Assembly: GCA_051382335.1 (NCBI GenBank)
Contig: JBBCAX010000167.1
Span: 1-53,796, forward strand
DNA length: 53,796 nucleotides
Direction of reading: 5' to 3'
DNA from: Deltaproteobacteria bacterium TL4
GTDB taxonomy: Bacteria; SAR324; NAC60-12
The position numbers and the translations under genes were made by a program. The notes beneath the pieces are model-generated. The model was not told where the DNA came from and searched no databases. It saw only the letters and a list, made by a program, of their open reading frames with translations. This document shows positions 20,012 to 29,738 of this stretch, one piece after another. Position 1 is the first letter of the stretch. The number at the start of each line of letters is the position of its first letter.

Positions 20012-20046
20012 AGGGACAGGAAAAACCACTTTTTTTCTGTCCCTTC
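20012..20046 (+). terminator. Terminator-like hairpin after the acyl-CoA ligase
   Basis: AGGGACAGGAAAAA/TTTTTTCTGTCCCT stem; weak T tail. Confidence 0.55.
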
Positions 20047-20129
20047 TCATCAAATCCCAAAAACACTCCTGATTCCTGATCCTGTCAAGTGATCCGTTTT
20101 TCACCATTCCATCGTTTAGCGGAGGAACC

Positions 20130-21146
20130 ATGTCGGAGTTGCCTTTAGAAGACCTGTTGATAGGGGGGGTATCTGCCAAGGAATTTTTTGGTAAAATTTC
20201 ATCAGTTCGCAGTAAAATTAAGATTTCAACTTCATTCTTTAAAAATGCCACTCCTGAAATGCTCTTTGCTCCTGTCGAAGTCCTGAATTTAATGGTGCGA
20301 TGGATGGAGACATGGTTTAAAGCCGGAGGCCATGAAGGCCTGTTTCGGCTTCGGAAAGATTCTCCCAGGAATCGTGAATTGATCATGGTTGCGGATGAAC
20401 AACTTCATGTTTGGGTGATTTGTATCCAAGTGAAATTGTCTCAAAATTCTTCTTTGGATGTAGGTGTGTCTCTTGAGGGGTTTGTGAAAGATATTGAGCA
20501 GTCAGGACGTTCAGACAAACGTTTAGGACAAGGGATTGAGGCGCTTAAAATCTTTTTATTCGGGATGGATGCGAAGGCTCAACACACGCATGACGAGTTT
20601 GACGCTTTTGAAATGCAGCTCATCCTGCAGTATTGTCTCCAACTGCAAACACAGCGCGAGGTTCGGTTTTTATTTCAACAGGACGCTAAAATCCGGGCCG
20701 ATTATGAAAAGGTTAAAGCGACGGAGGCGGGGCAACAAGTTCTAGAGGATATTCGGACTTGTTTGATAGGCAACGTTTCTGAGTATAAGTCCATCGTCGA
20801 TCGTTATACTCAAGTGAAGTCCTTTGCAGAGCCTCAATCAAAGAGAAAAATCGTTGTTGAATCGAAACAGAAAATCACGCCTATTCCTATAAACCCAGTT
20901 CAGGATACCGCAGCGCAAGTTCAAAGGGAACACGAAGTCTTACACGCTGAAAGTCATCTGTCTTTTGAAGAAAAACTTGCGGCATTTAAACGGTTACAAA
21001 CAGCAGAAGCGAAAAGAAAACAAAAGCAATCTCGCACGACCGTTCATGAACTCCAAATGATCACAAGTTACTCACTGAAAGGAAAAGAACCCCTGCCCTT
21101 AAATTATAACCGTGTTTCACAGAATCCCAAAAAAACGGAACAATAA
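20130..21146 (+). CDS. Hypothetical protein
   Basis: 338-aa ORF with GGAGG RBS; no family recognised. Confidence 0.75.
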   Translation: MSELPLEDLLIGGVSAKEFFGKISSVRSKIKISTSFFKNATPEMLFAPVEVLNLMVRWMETWFKAGGHEGLFRLRKDSPRNRELIMVADEQLHVWVICIQVKLSQNSSLDVGVSLEGFVKDIEQSGRSDKRLGQGIEALKIFLFGMDAKAQHTHDEFDAFEMQLILQYCLQLQTQREVRFLFQQDAKIRADYEKVKATEAGQQVLEDIRTCLIGNVSEYKSIVDRYTQVKSFAEPQSKRKIVVESKQKITPIPINPVQDTAAQVQREHEVLHAESHLSFEEKLAAFKRLQTAEAKRKQKQSRTTVHELQMITSYSLKGKEPLPLNYNRVSQNPKKTEQ

Positions 21147-21157
21147 GACGGCATCTA

Positions 21158-21358
21158 TAGACATCTGGACTTTGAACATTTGATTCATGGTTTTAGTTTT
21201 AATTATTCAATAATATCAGTGGTTTTATTTTATGAATGAATTAATGCAAGGTTATTATTTCCCGTTTTTCAGGCCAAACCTATCATTAATTCTAATACGA
21301 CTTTATAAGTCTCTGATTTTATTCAGGAGTAATATTGAGCAAATTGTTCAAAGTCGAG
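21158..21358. mobile_element. Second type of AT-rich miniature inverted-repeat element
   Basis: TAGACATCTGGACTTTGAACATTT at the left and AAATTGTTCAAAGTCGAG at the right form imperfect inverted repeats; abuts copy 3. Confidence 0.5.
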
Positions 21359-21537
21359 TAGACATGCATTTAAATAAATTCAGCATGTATATTTTGGATG
21401 ACCCATTTAATCGACTCATGATTAGGAGTGTCAAAGCTTGCTTTGACCAGAAAAGCCAAAGCTTTTCTTTGAATTTTGCCAAAGCAAGCTTTGGTACTCC
21501 ACAGTAATTCCAATGAAATTATTTAAATGAACGTCTA
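21359..21537. mobile_element. Miniature element copy 3 (diverged), with REP-like doublet
   Basis: Termini TAGACATGCATTTAAATAAATT...AATTATTTAAATGAACGTCTA; doublet GGAGTGTCAAAGCTTGCTTTGAC...GCCAAAGCAAGCTTTGGTACTCC (21425-21500). Confidence 0.78.
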
Positions 21538-21558
21538 TATATTCAGAACAAGACCCGC

Positions 21559-22536
21559 TTAGATCATGGGTAATTTGTCGGTTGGATTTTTGGCAAGGAC
21601 TTCCTGATCATGGTAATAGCGGATCGTGGTATTAGCGGAAACATGACGAGCATAGGCCTGTACTTTTTGTAAAGGCTCTCCCAGATCCAAGGCGATGGTA
21701 ATCGCCGTGTGTCTCAGGTAATGTGCGGAGATATCAAGGCCGACAGCTTTCCCTAAACGTACAATGACATCATTAACACCTTTGCCAGACATGGCTTCCC
21801 CCATTGTTCTATAACTCAAGGAAGGAAAAACCCAAGGGACCTTAATTTCATGCTCAGAAAGAGTCTGACGCCATTGCTGAAGTTCGAAGTATAGTTCATT
21901 TCTTAATTTTAACTGTTGCGGGACGCCACTTTTGGTTTGCTGGATGATGGCAACATAATAGGAACCATTTTGCTTGATATTTTCCCATAACAATTGGGAG
22001 GCTTCACTTCGTCTGGCGGCGGTTAGATATAGAAACCTCAGGATTAAGCCATTACGGAGGCGGATCAGTTCCTTGAGTCGTTCATCGTATTCCATCCTTG
22101 AATTTGCTTCCATCATCGCACTCAGTTGGGCGACTCTCAAGGCGCCTTTATTACTGATGCCAGAAACTTTTTCGGTTCGGATCACCGAGGATTTAAAAGG
22201 ATTGGCCTCCAGATAACCAAACTCCGTCAGTACTTCACATATTTTTTTAAGGGCACTCATGGTTTGATTAATACTTGCGGGCTTTTTTCCTTCGGACCTC
22301 AGATAGTTCTTATACTCCAACATTTTCAAGCTATCCAGGAATGACAATTCCTGAAGCTTTTCAATGCCAATCCAGTCCTGGAAATTTCTGAAAATACGGG
22401 CATAGGCGCGTTTGGTATTAGGGGAATATTCATCAAAAACCAACTGTAAGGCATCTGCGGCAGAATATTGGGGACTGGCGACCGGAGCAGGCAAATAATT
22501 CGGCTCGGTGTTTTCAGGTAGATGACGCAACTTCAT
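21559..22536 (-). CDS. Tyrosine recombinase/integrase (XerC/D-like)
   Basis: Catalytic R (AARRSE), K (TKSG), HYLRH, H (ARH) and Y (TIRYY); N-terminal SPNTKRAY core-binding motif; ATG 22536 has an AAGGA RBS (TTG 22560 is an alternative). Confidence 0.9.
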   Translation of the reverse strand: MKLRHLPENTEPNYLPAPVASPQYSAADALQLVFDEYSPNTKRAYARIFRNFQDWIGIEKLQELSFLDSLKMLEYKNYLRSEGKKPASINQTMSALKKICEVLTEFGYLEANPFKSSVIRTEKVSGISNKGALRVAQLSAMMEANSRMEYDERLKELIRLRNGLILRFLYLTAARRSEASQLLWENIKQNGSYYVAIIQQTKSGVPQQLKLRNELYFELQQWRQTLSEHEIKVPWVFPSLSYRTMGEAMSGKGVNDVIVRLGKAVGLDISAHYLRHTAITIALDLGEPLQKVQAYARHVSANTTIRYYHDQEVLAKNPTDKLPMI

Positions 22537-22566
22537 TTCCTTTCTCGCATGTCTGAGCAACAGGGA

Positions 22567-22914
22567 TCAGGATTGACTTCGAATCTGTTCAAGGGCCTCG
22601 CTTTCGGTCTTATAAATACTGAAAACTGAGTCTAGGCGAGTCGTCTTCATGATTTCTTGCAAGTTATGCCCTAAATCACTCAAGGCAAGCCGTCCCCCTC
22701 TGTTTTTTAGAACATTGAACCACGAGACAATGATTCCGATACCAGAAGAGTCCATGAAGGGAACATTTTCTAAATTAATGAGAACACGGCTGGTCTGGGT
22801 GTCATTGACAATGGGAGAGATCTGCTCTTTGGCAATCTTGGTATCCGCTTGTGCCAAGGTGCCTTCCAGTCGAAAAACCTCAACCCCGTTTATCTGATCA
22901 TGTTCAATTTGCAT
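22567..22914 (-). CDS. STAS-domain anti-sigma factor antagonist
   Basis: INLENVPFMDSSGIG phosphoserine motif; 115 aa. Confidence 0.92.
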   Translation of the reverse strand: MQIEHDQINGVEVFRLEGTLAQADTKIAKEQISPIVNDTQTSRVLINLENVPFMDSSGIGIIVSWFNVLKNRGGRLALSDLGHNLQEIMKTTRLDSVFSIYKTESEALEQIRSQS

Positions 22915-23229
22915 ACGGTCCTATTGCCACGGTCAATAAAATATTTGGGTATTGTAGTGTGACTCAGGTTTCTCCAGGTCTCATTTTTCCATCGTACCGC
23001 ACCCGAGAGGACGAACAACCGAAACTCAATTTCCAGGCCAAAACAAACCTCTCCACAGTATTATTAATGAATAACAAGTTGCGCTCCATTAACCAATACC
23101 CATCTCATAAATCTCAGAACTCACTGCTCTGAGGTCGATTATGAGGATTCAAATTAAAAATTTCAAGCAATATAAGTAATAATTGTACAAATGAATCCTT
23201 TTATTTTTGTCTCTCAGCAGTAAAAGGAA

Positions 23230-25452
23230 TTACGTCATTTTTTTTTCCAATAAATAATTAACAAGAATTCCCATTCTTCTTTCGAAGATCTCTATAAGTT
23301 TCCATTGAACGGAGGGAATGTGTGCCAAAACTTCTTCAGGGAGGAAATAGGCTCTTGAAGGACGGATCGCACGGACTTGAAAGCAGCTCGGCATCTGGAA
23401 GATCACGGTATCCTCTCCACAAAAATCGCCCCATCCCAGTGTATCAATGACCTGGTTTTCAGAAAAAAGGTTAAACTGTCCTTGTTCCAAGAGATAGAGT
23501 CCAAAATGTTCTTGAACCGGAACGTTTTGTGACGCCGTAAAGTTATGAAGTTCCATTTTTCGAATGATCTCACTTTGCACAGGATATGAGACATTCCTGC
23601 CGAATAACCATGTGTTTTGCAAAAACTCCCTCTTATGATTCATATGTTCAATCTGTTCAGAGAGGTCATTCCGCTCAGCAAACATGGTGTATAAACTGGT
23701 AGGAATCTCCAAGGTGTGGATGCAGCTGGAAGCCCGATAAGTTTCGGTAAGTCGTATTTTTTTAAGAGCGGAGACATCCCCTATCATACTTCCCGTGGAA
23801 AGGACATATTGAAAGTCAGATTCCGCACGAATGTATTCCACACTTCCAGAAAGCACGAGGTAAACATTTCTGACAACCTCTCCTTTTTTCAAAAGAATAT
23901 CTCCTGAATTGAAAGGGCGGATTTTACAGTTAGTCAGGGATTGAAGTTCTGATTCACGGACCATGGGGAGGTAGGCTTTCAAGAAGTTTAAAGCCTGTTG
24001 TCTCAAATAATCCTGATTAGCAGGAATTAAAACATCCATTGTCCCAAAAGGGGTTTCTGACCCGATTTCTTTTTGACGGGCGCTTAATTTTTTTGAGGTA
24101 TGAGAAAGTACAATTTTGCCTGAAGCATCATCGCTGAAATCTTCCGCGTTTCCATGAATCATCTCTCCCCCTATATCAATTTTTTTGATATCCACAGGAG
24201 CTAAGTAATTATTTTTTACATTTTCATACATTTGGGGGGTGATGCCTATTTGCGCTTCATTTTCCGTGATCCACCCCTGGATATTTTGTAATGAGGCAAT
24301 GTCCGCATAATGGGCATAAGTTCGGTATCCATCTTCCCAGTAAGCACGGAATTGGAAAATATTGGTTTCAACGGGATGAGGAGAAAGCATCGGCTTTACT
24401 TCAAGTCCATTGACATCATTCCACTCATCGAAAATTAAATCATGGACTTCAAAATAATCTTCGAATTTTGATTCCTCCATGCTCATCAACGCCGCAAGTT
24501 TTTTGGAAACAGAGCTTCGAACTAAAGGAGTCGCATAATATTTGATACGATGATCCGCTCGAACCAGGGTGGGTATCCCCGCAAAATGATCATCGTGAGC
24601 ATGCGTATGAAAAATCCCTTCTATCTGGCTGATATCAATCCCTAAGGACCGCAAACTATACTCAATATTGGGACCTGCATCCAACAAATAGATTTTTCCC
24701 TGGAACATGAGAATACTCGCCATACAAGGTCGTGTCGTATCCCAGCCGTCGCCTTCGCCAGAATGGATGACTGCGAAGAATTCCAATTTCAGGTCATGAT
24801 GATGAAGTTCATAGGGAGGTTCATAAACCTGATAGGGTTTTAATCCTAGATCGACGGTAACTTTTTCATCTTGATACTGAAAGGTAAAAAGGTTCAATCC
24901 TGCCCGCTCAATAAAAACACCATTTTTAATCTCCACAGGTTCTTTTCTAATGATTCGGGAGTCAATCAACTCCTCAGTTTTACGTATTGAGCCAAAGGCG
25001 AACTTTAACTTCATGCGCATTAATTCTGCCGCTTGTTTAGAAGAAACACCTGCACTTTCAATTTCTGCCTGAGAGATGAGCCCATAGTTCCCACGGTAAA
25101 TATACTCCAACTGTGCATTGACCTGGTTTTTCCCTCCCATAAGAATCGGTTTTTCTCCTGTATTGTTAGGGTGTCCTGGTAAGATCAGCCCTTGGCGATA
25201 AAGCATTTGCAAGACAGGGAATTCCGCAAGGTTTGAAAAACGCCCATTTTGTACTAAAACATCGGATAATAAAATAGCACTAGGGCCTGACTCATACTTA
25301 ACCCCATTTTTTTCGAGGGAACTAATCAAACCCATTTTTATCAAATGTTTGACACTGTCCGCAGGACATCCGCAAAGGACATAGAGCCCCGTTTCTGGAA
25401 CACTGACCCAGTAAACGCCTGTTGTGATTCTGATTTTATTAATTTTGGACAT
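23230..25452 (-). CDS. Metallo-beta-lactamase-fold hydrolase with C-terminal cyclic-nucleotide-binding domains
   Basis: LLDAGP, HTHAHDDH (HxHxDH), HPVET; two cNMP-like repeats (VYLVLSGSVE...G.MIG; LYLLEQG...GDFCGE). Confidence 0.85.
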   Translation of the reverse strand: MSKINKIRITTGVYWVSVPETGLYVLCGCPADSVKHLIKMGLISSLEKNGVKYESGPSAILLSDVLVQNGRFSNLAEFPVLQMLYRQGLILPGHPNNTGEKPILMGGKNQVNAQLEYIYRGNYGLISQAEIESAGVSSKQAAELMRMKLKFAFGSIRKTEELIDSRIIRKEPVEIKNGVFIERAGLNLFTFQYQDEKVTVDLGLKPYQVYEPPYELHHHDLKLEFFAVIHSGEGDGWDTTRPCMASILMFQGKIYLLDAGPNIEYSLRSLGIDISQIEGIFHTHAHDDHFAGIPTLVRADHRIKYYATPLVRSSVSKKLAALMSMEESKFEDYFEVHDLIFDEWNDVNGLEVKPMLSPHPVETNIFQFRAYWEDGYRTYAHYADIASLQNIQGWITENEAQIGITPQMYENVKNNYLAPVDIKKIDIGGEMIHGNAEDFSDDASGKIVLSHTSKKLSARQKEIGSETPFGTMDVLIPANQDYLRQQALNFLKAYLPMVRESELQSLTNCKIRPFNSGDILLKKGEVVRNVYLVLSGSVEYIRAESDFQYVLSTGSMIGDVSALKKIRLTETYRASSCIHTLEIPTSLYTMFAERNDLSEQIEHMNHKREFLQNTWLFGRNVSYPVQSEIIRKMELHNFTASQNVPVQEHFGLYLLEQGQFNLFSENQVIDTLGWGDFCGEDTVIFQMPSCFQVRAIRPSRAYFLPEEVLAHIPSVQWKLIEIFERRMGILVNYLLEKKMT

Positions 25453-25678
25453 GTGATTATGCAAGTACAGGGTCACGAAATTCACTACCTAATTAGTAGA
25501 CTTAACAAGGATTTTACGTTTTGACAATAAAGAATCTTAAGCAATTTGCATTCCTGCAGGATCAATTTTACGCTTTAATGTCCATTTAATCTGAATTTCT
25601 GGAGTTTCTCTGTGAAATCCAGTGACAGTCCTGTGTGATCACACCCCCTGAAATCTCCGTGTTGCTGTAGCTGAGTTG

Positions 25679-27943
25679 TTACTCAGCTTGTGGAGAGAGC
25701 GTGGCTTTCTGCAGCATTTGGTTCAATACAATCGCAAGTTTATTGGCTTGGATCACGCTACGGAAAAATCGGCTTTGCTCTTCAACTTCTGGTGTGGGTT
25801 CGGCCCCCATGCTTCCAAGCCATTCTTGATAGCTTAAAGGACGATCCGATTGGAGTTGCGGGGTTGGTAACGAATTGCGTTCGGAAGCATTTTCCAAAAG
25901 CCAGGGAGGATAACTTGGATTTATAAAAAGATTGGGTGGAGGAAGAGGTTGATCTGATTCCAAGGGTTGAGGAAATAATAAATCCTGATTTTGAGCTGTT
26001 TTCCAACAATGAATTTGCTCATCTCCCAGTAAGGAATAACAGGCTCGTGATGCGGTTCGATAGAACAACTCTTCCTGGTTCTGATAAATCCAAGGCGTTC
26101 CCTCGCCGGAAAACAAGTCCCTTCCAAGCCATGTGACCTGTCCGGATGTGCCTGTAATCCGTGCAATTGTTGGCGCAATATCCATTTGATGAACAGGATA
26201 GTTGATTCGTTGTGGGTGAGGCATATCCCGGGTAATGAACGCAATCGGAATTCTAAAACGCATTTCCTGGACTTGTACCGGTGATAATTCGAAATAGGGA
26301 TTAAGCCCCACACTGTGATCGCCCAGCAGGATAATGACGGTATTGTTGGCCAAGGGGCTTAAAACAAATTTTCTGATGAAGTTAGACAAGGCTTCATCCA
26401 CATATTCAAAGCGGGAAAGGTAGCCTCTGTATTGGGATTTTTGTACTTTTTGCAATAATTCATAAGGTAAGGGGCCTTCAGGAACTTCATAAAAAGGGTG
26501 ATGAGAACTGATGGTTAACACGTTCGCGAAAAAGGGTTTTCCTGTCGCTTGTTCCTTTTCCAAAATATGGAGGGTTTCCTCTAAAAAGGGAAGATCGGCA
26601 AGCCCCCAGTTTCCCACTTTCTGAGTGATGCCTTTGCTCTTAAAATACTTCTCATCATAAAAAGCCTGTGTTCCATGTAATGATTCAAAAATATCTGAGT
26701 TATGAAAGGAACGTGCCAGGGTGTGAATCCACAGGGTTTGGTATCCTTGCTCTTTTAGAAGATCCTGGATGCAGCGTACCTTCAAATTCGCGTAGGCGAG
26801 GTAAACCGCGGGCCCTGTGATGTTTGGAATCATGGAACACAAGGTTGTGAATTGTCCTCGAACCGTTTGTCCCGCTGTAAAGCTGGAACTGTAGGCTTGG
26901 GTAAAGAAGAGGCTTTGCTGCCTTAAAATGGAACGTAATTGAGGAAAAATGAGCGGGCCTATTTCTGGATGTTCCATTTCCAAAATACGCAAGGATTCCA
27001 CAAACAGTACAATTACGTTGATCGGCTGATTCAGCGGAAGCCCCAGTCTTTCTCTCAACTCATGGGTTTGTGCCTCAGTTGTTTGAAATTCTGATAAAAC
27101 CGGAGCGTCTGCCTTTTCCGTAAAGGTTTGTTTGGCGTTGCCAAAAGCGACTTGCAGGGACTTGATGTCTTTAGGCTCAGAAGCATCCTTGTAATCCCGG
27201 AACAGAGCCAGGAGACGGGTGGGAGGATTTAAAAGCTTGGGATCCAGACCTTCCAGGGTTTCAGGGGTCGCTTTGTCAAGAACTCTTGCATCACCAATCC
27301 ATTCCTCAATCCAGGCTTTTAGAACGTGATCACTCAAAATGTTGGTCCTCGCGATCTCTGCCCAAAGGGGGTAGCGGGCTAACAAAAAAGCTAAAATCAG
27401 GCTGAGCAAGGCCCGCTTTGCGACAAACCAACGGTATCTCCCCGCTAGGTTACCAAAGCCTGGTGTTAAACGCTTGCGGACCAAAAAGCAGACCAACAAG
27501 GCCAGCGCGATCAAGACGGTACTGATCAACATCGGAGGCGAGGCTCCCAACTCTGCGGACGAGTCGGAAACAGCAGTTAAGTCTTTCCAATGCAGTCGCA
27601 CAACCCACCATTCCAGGCGAGATTTAAAAAACCGGAAATGAATAACGTTCGACCAAGTACTGAACCAGGTGATAAAGGCAAAAAAGGACCAGGTTATAAA
27701 TTGGGGAAAACGAAATAAACTCCAAAAGATTTGAGAAAAAAACAGGGCAAGAATGACAGCGACCAGGTCATAAATCCATCCGACATAGATATCAAATTCC
27801 AGTGCTTTACTATAGGTGATTCCCAATTCTAACACTAATTGATGTCGAAGCAACAAGAGGGACGTCAACATCAAAAGGGAAGGTAGCCCTATCCAAAATC
27901 CTGTTTTTATAGCAGGTTGCGTTAATGAAATATGTCGTTGCAT
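25679..27943 (-). CDS. LTA synthase family / membrane sulfatase-like phosphoglycerol transferase
   Basis: N-terminal TM helices, NVIVLFVES, candidate catalytic Thr (GQTVRG), TISSHHPF, LGDH and DIAPTI motifs. Confidence 0.85.
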   Translation of the reverse strand: MQRHISLTQPAIKTGFWIGLPSLLMLTSLLLLRHQLVLELGITYSKALEFDIYVGWIYDLVAVILALFFSQIFWSLFRFPQFITWSFFAFITWFSTWSNVIHFRFFKSRLEWWVVRLHWKDLTAVSDSSAELGASPPMLISTVLIALALLVCFLVRKRLTPGFGNLAGRYRWFVAKRALLSLILAFLLARYPLWAEIARTNILSDHVLKAWIEEWIGDARVLDKATPETLEGLDPKLLNPPTRLLALFRDYKDASEPKDIKSLQVAFGNAKQTFTEKADAPVLSEFQTTEAQTHELRERLGLPLNQPINVIVLFVESLRILEMEHPEIGPLIFPQLRSILRQQSLFFTQAYSSSFTAGQTVRGQFTTLCSMIPNITGPAVYLAYANLKVRCIQDLLKEQGYQTLWIHTLARSFHNSDIFESLHGTQAFYDEKYFKSKGITQKVGNWGLADLPFLEETLHILEKEQATGKPFFANVLTISSHHPFYEVPEGPLPYELLQKVQKSQYRGYLSRFEYVDEALSNFIRKFVLSPLANNTVIILLGDHSVGLNPYFELSPVQVQEMRFRIPIAFITRDMPHPQRINYPVHQMDIAPTIARITGTSGQVTWLGRDLFSGEGTPWIYQNQEELFYRTASRACYSLLGDEQIHCWKTAQNQDLLFPQPLESDQPLPPPNLFINPSYPPWLLENASERNSLPTPQLQSDRPLSYQEWLGSMGAEPTPEVEEQSRFFRSVIQANKLAIVLNQMLQKATLSPQAE

Positions 27944-27945
27944 CG

Positions 27946-29619
27946 TTAAAAATCACGTTTTTGGGATTTCGGATCAGTCAGAACATAGACTCCCAAGGTT
28001 CGAACAACTCGATTATGACTTTGGGTGATGATTGCGCCTAAATAGTCGAGATCGTTACGGGGAAACACTTTGGCGTAAAGGCGTAACGCTTGCTGACATT
28101 TAGGGAGATCACACACAAAAACACTCTTTCCCTTCGACACTTGCTCCACAGGACTCCATTGATTCCTTTCCTGTTTTTCTAAACTGTGAGGCCAGGGATG
28201 TTGAGGAAGATAATAGGAAAGCGCGCTACTGAGTTGAAATTCTTTTGAAATAATGAAATCCGGAAGGCCCATCCCCTGGTTTTTAAATAATTCCTGCAAC
28301 TGAACCGATGTTTTATCCCAAGCCAGCATAGGATTTGCGGGGTCACTTAAGGTTCTCATGGAGGCCTCAACAATAAGCTGTTGATAACGCGCATAGTCCT
28401 GTGGCAGTAACACCTTCTTCAAGGCTTCCAGGAAGGGTTGTGTTCCGTAATATCGTTGTTTCATGGATTTCAGCTTTTCCTGTACTTCCAGAGGAACTCC
28501 CTTTTGCTTCAGATAATCATAGTTGAGCACTTGATATTGCATGAGATCGAATAAGGGACGATGAATGTGGGCGACAATCACGCCCAAGATCACAAAATTG
28601 AGCAGGATTCCCAGTACCAACATGGCCTGAAAGCGTTTTTTCCGCCACATCGTGGCAAGTGACTTTCCCGCAAGCAGCATCATTCCAAGATAGGCGACAT
28701 TGGCCCAGTGTGGATCCGCAATGGAGCCGCGAAAACTCATGAGTGTGAAGAACGCGAGGGGGAAGAGCGAGACCACGAGGATGATGGATTCGGGGCTTTG
28801 AGCCATTTTAAAATCAACACGTTGTTGCCATAGGTTGAAAAAGCACCACCAGGACCACACTGGTGAAAACAAGGCCAAATGTCCTAAAGTAAACAAAAGG
28901 GCGTTTTCACCAAAAGCCGCACCGGATAAGCCACGTCCAAACTGAAAACGAAAAGAGACCCAGTCATGGTTAAAGTTCCAAAGCAAGACTGGAGAAAAAA
29001 TCAGCAAAGAGATCCAGCCCGCAACATATAACCAGGGATTGAGAAACTGACGGCGTAATTCTTGGTAGCAAAGAAAATGTAGGCCCATCCCCAGGTAAAA
29101 CAGCAAGGTGATGTATTTAGACAAGGCACCTAACCCCGCAAAGATTCCAATATACCAGAGCCATTTTTTATCATGGCTTTGATGAAACCGACACAACGCA
29201 TATAAATTAAGCAGCCAAAAAACCAAAAACGGTTGATCAATATGCAAAAACACGCTTCCCAAGGTAAAATAGGCGGTAGAGCACAATAACACCAGCGTTA
29301 CCAGTGCGGCACTCTTTCCCCATAAACGCAGGGAGATGAAATACGCCAAGCCTAAAATGGAAAGATTGCTGAATTGAGCCCCGAGTTCCAAGGCCCTTTC
29401 AGAATGACCGAGTAGCGTCGTGATCAAGCGGAACAGCAGGGCAACCATCGGCGGATGTTCATAGTAGGAAAGGCTCAAATAACGTGACCAAACCCAATGA
29501 TCCAACATATCAGGGTGCGGATTGATCCATTGGTTTACTATAAAAAATACAACAAAATGGAGGAACAAAATGATGAAGGCCCCATAGTGTTGGTGGAATT
29601 GAAGCTTGATGGTTTTCAT
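27946..29619 (-). CDS. ArnT/PMT-like glycosyltransferase (family 39-like, GT-C)
   Basis: W.WSR.L.LSYYEHPPMVA, GLGALSKY and P.LLWN..HDWVSFRFQ motifs; multi-TM. Confidence 0.85.
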   Translation of the reverse strand: MKTIKLQFHQHYGAFIILFLHFVVFFIVNQWINPHPDMLDHWVWSRYLSLSYYEHPPMVALLFRLITTLLGHSERALELGAQFSNLSILGLAYFISLRLWGKSAALVTLVLLCSTAYFTLGSVFLHIDQPFLVFWLLNLYALCRFHQSHDKKWLWYIGIFAGLGALSKYITLLFYLGMGLHFLCYQELRRQFLNPWLYVAGWISLLIFSPVLLWNFNHDWVSFRFQFGRGLSGAAFGENALLFTLGHLALFSPVWSWWCFFNLWQQRVDFKMAQSPESIILVVSLFPLAFFTLMSFRGSIADPHWANVAYLGMMLLAGKSLATMWRKKRFQAMLVLGILLNFVILGVIVAHIHRPLFDLMQYQVLNYDYLKQKGVPLEVQEKLKSMKQRYYGTQPFLEALKKVLLPQDYARYQQLIVEASMRTLSDPANPMLAWDKTSVQLQELFKNQGMGLPDFIISKEFQLSSALSYYLPQHPWPHSLEKQERNQWSPVEQVSKGKSVFVCDLPKCQQALRLYAKVFPRNDLDYLGAIITQSHNRVVRTLGVYVLTDPKSQKRDF

Positions 29620-29738
29620 ATCCTCAGGATCCTTTGGCAGAGTCAATTCGGTTTGTCATGGTTCTCGAATTGGCGATAATGATCGGGGTTTGAGGTGTCG
29701 GTACTATGGGACCATGGTGGGCTACCCCTAAAGTATTT

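Noticed and set aside
21559..22536. Prophage or genomic island anchored on the recombinase
   Set aside because: No phage, conjugation or tRNA/att features seen; flanks look chromosomal.
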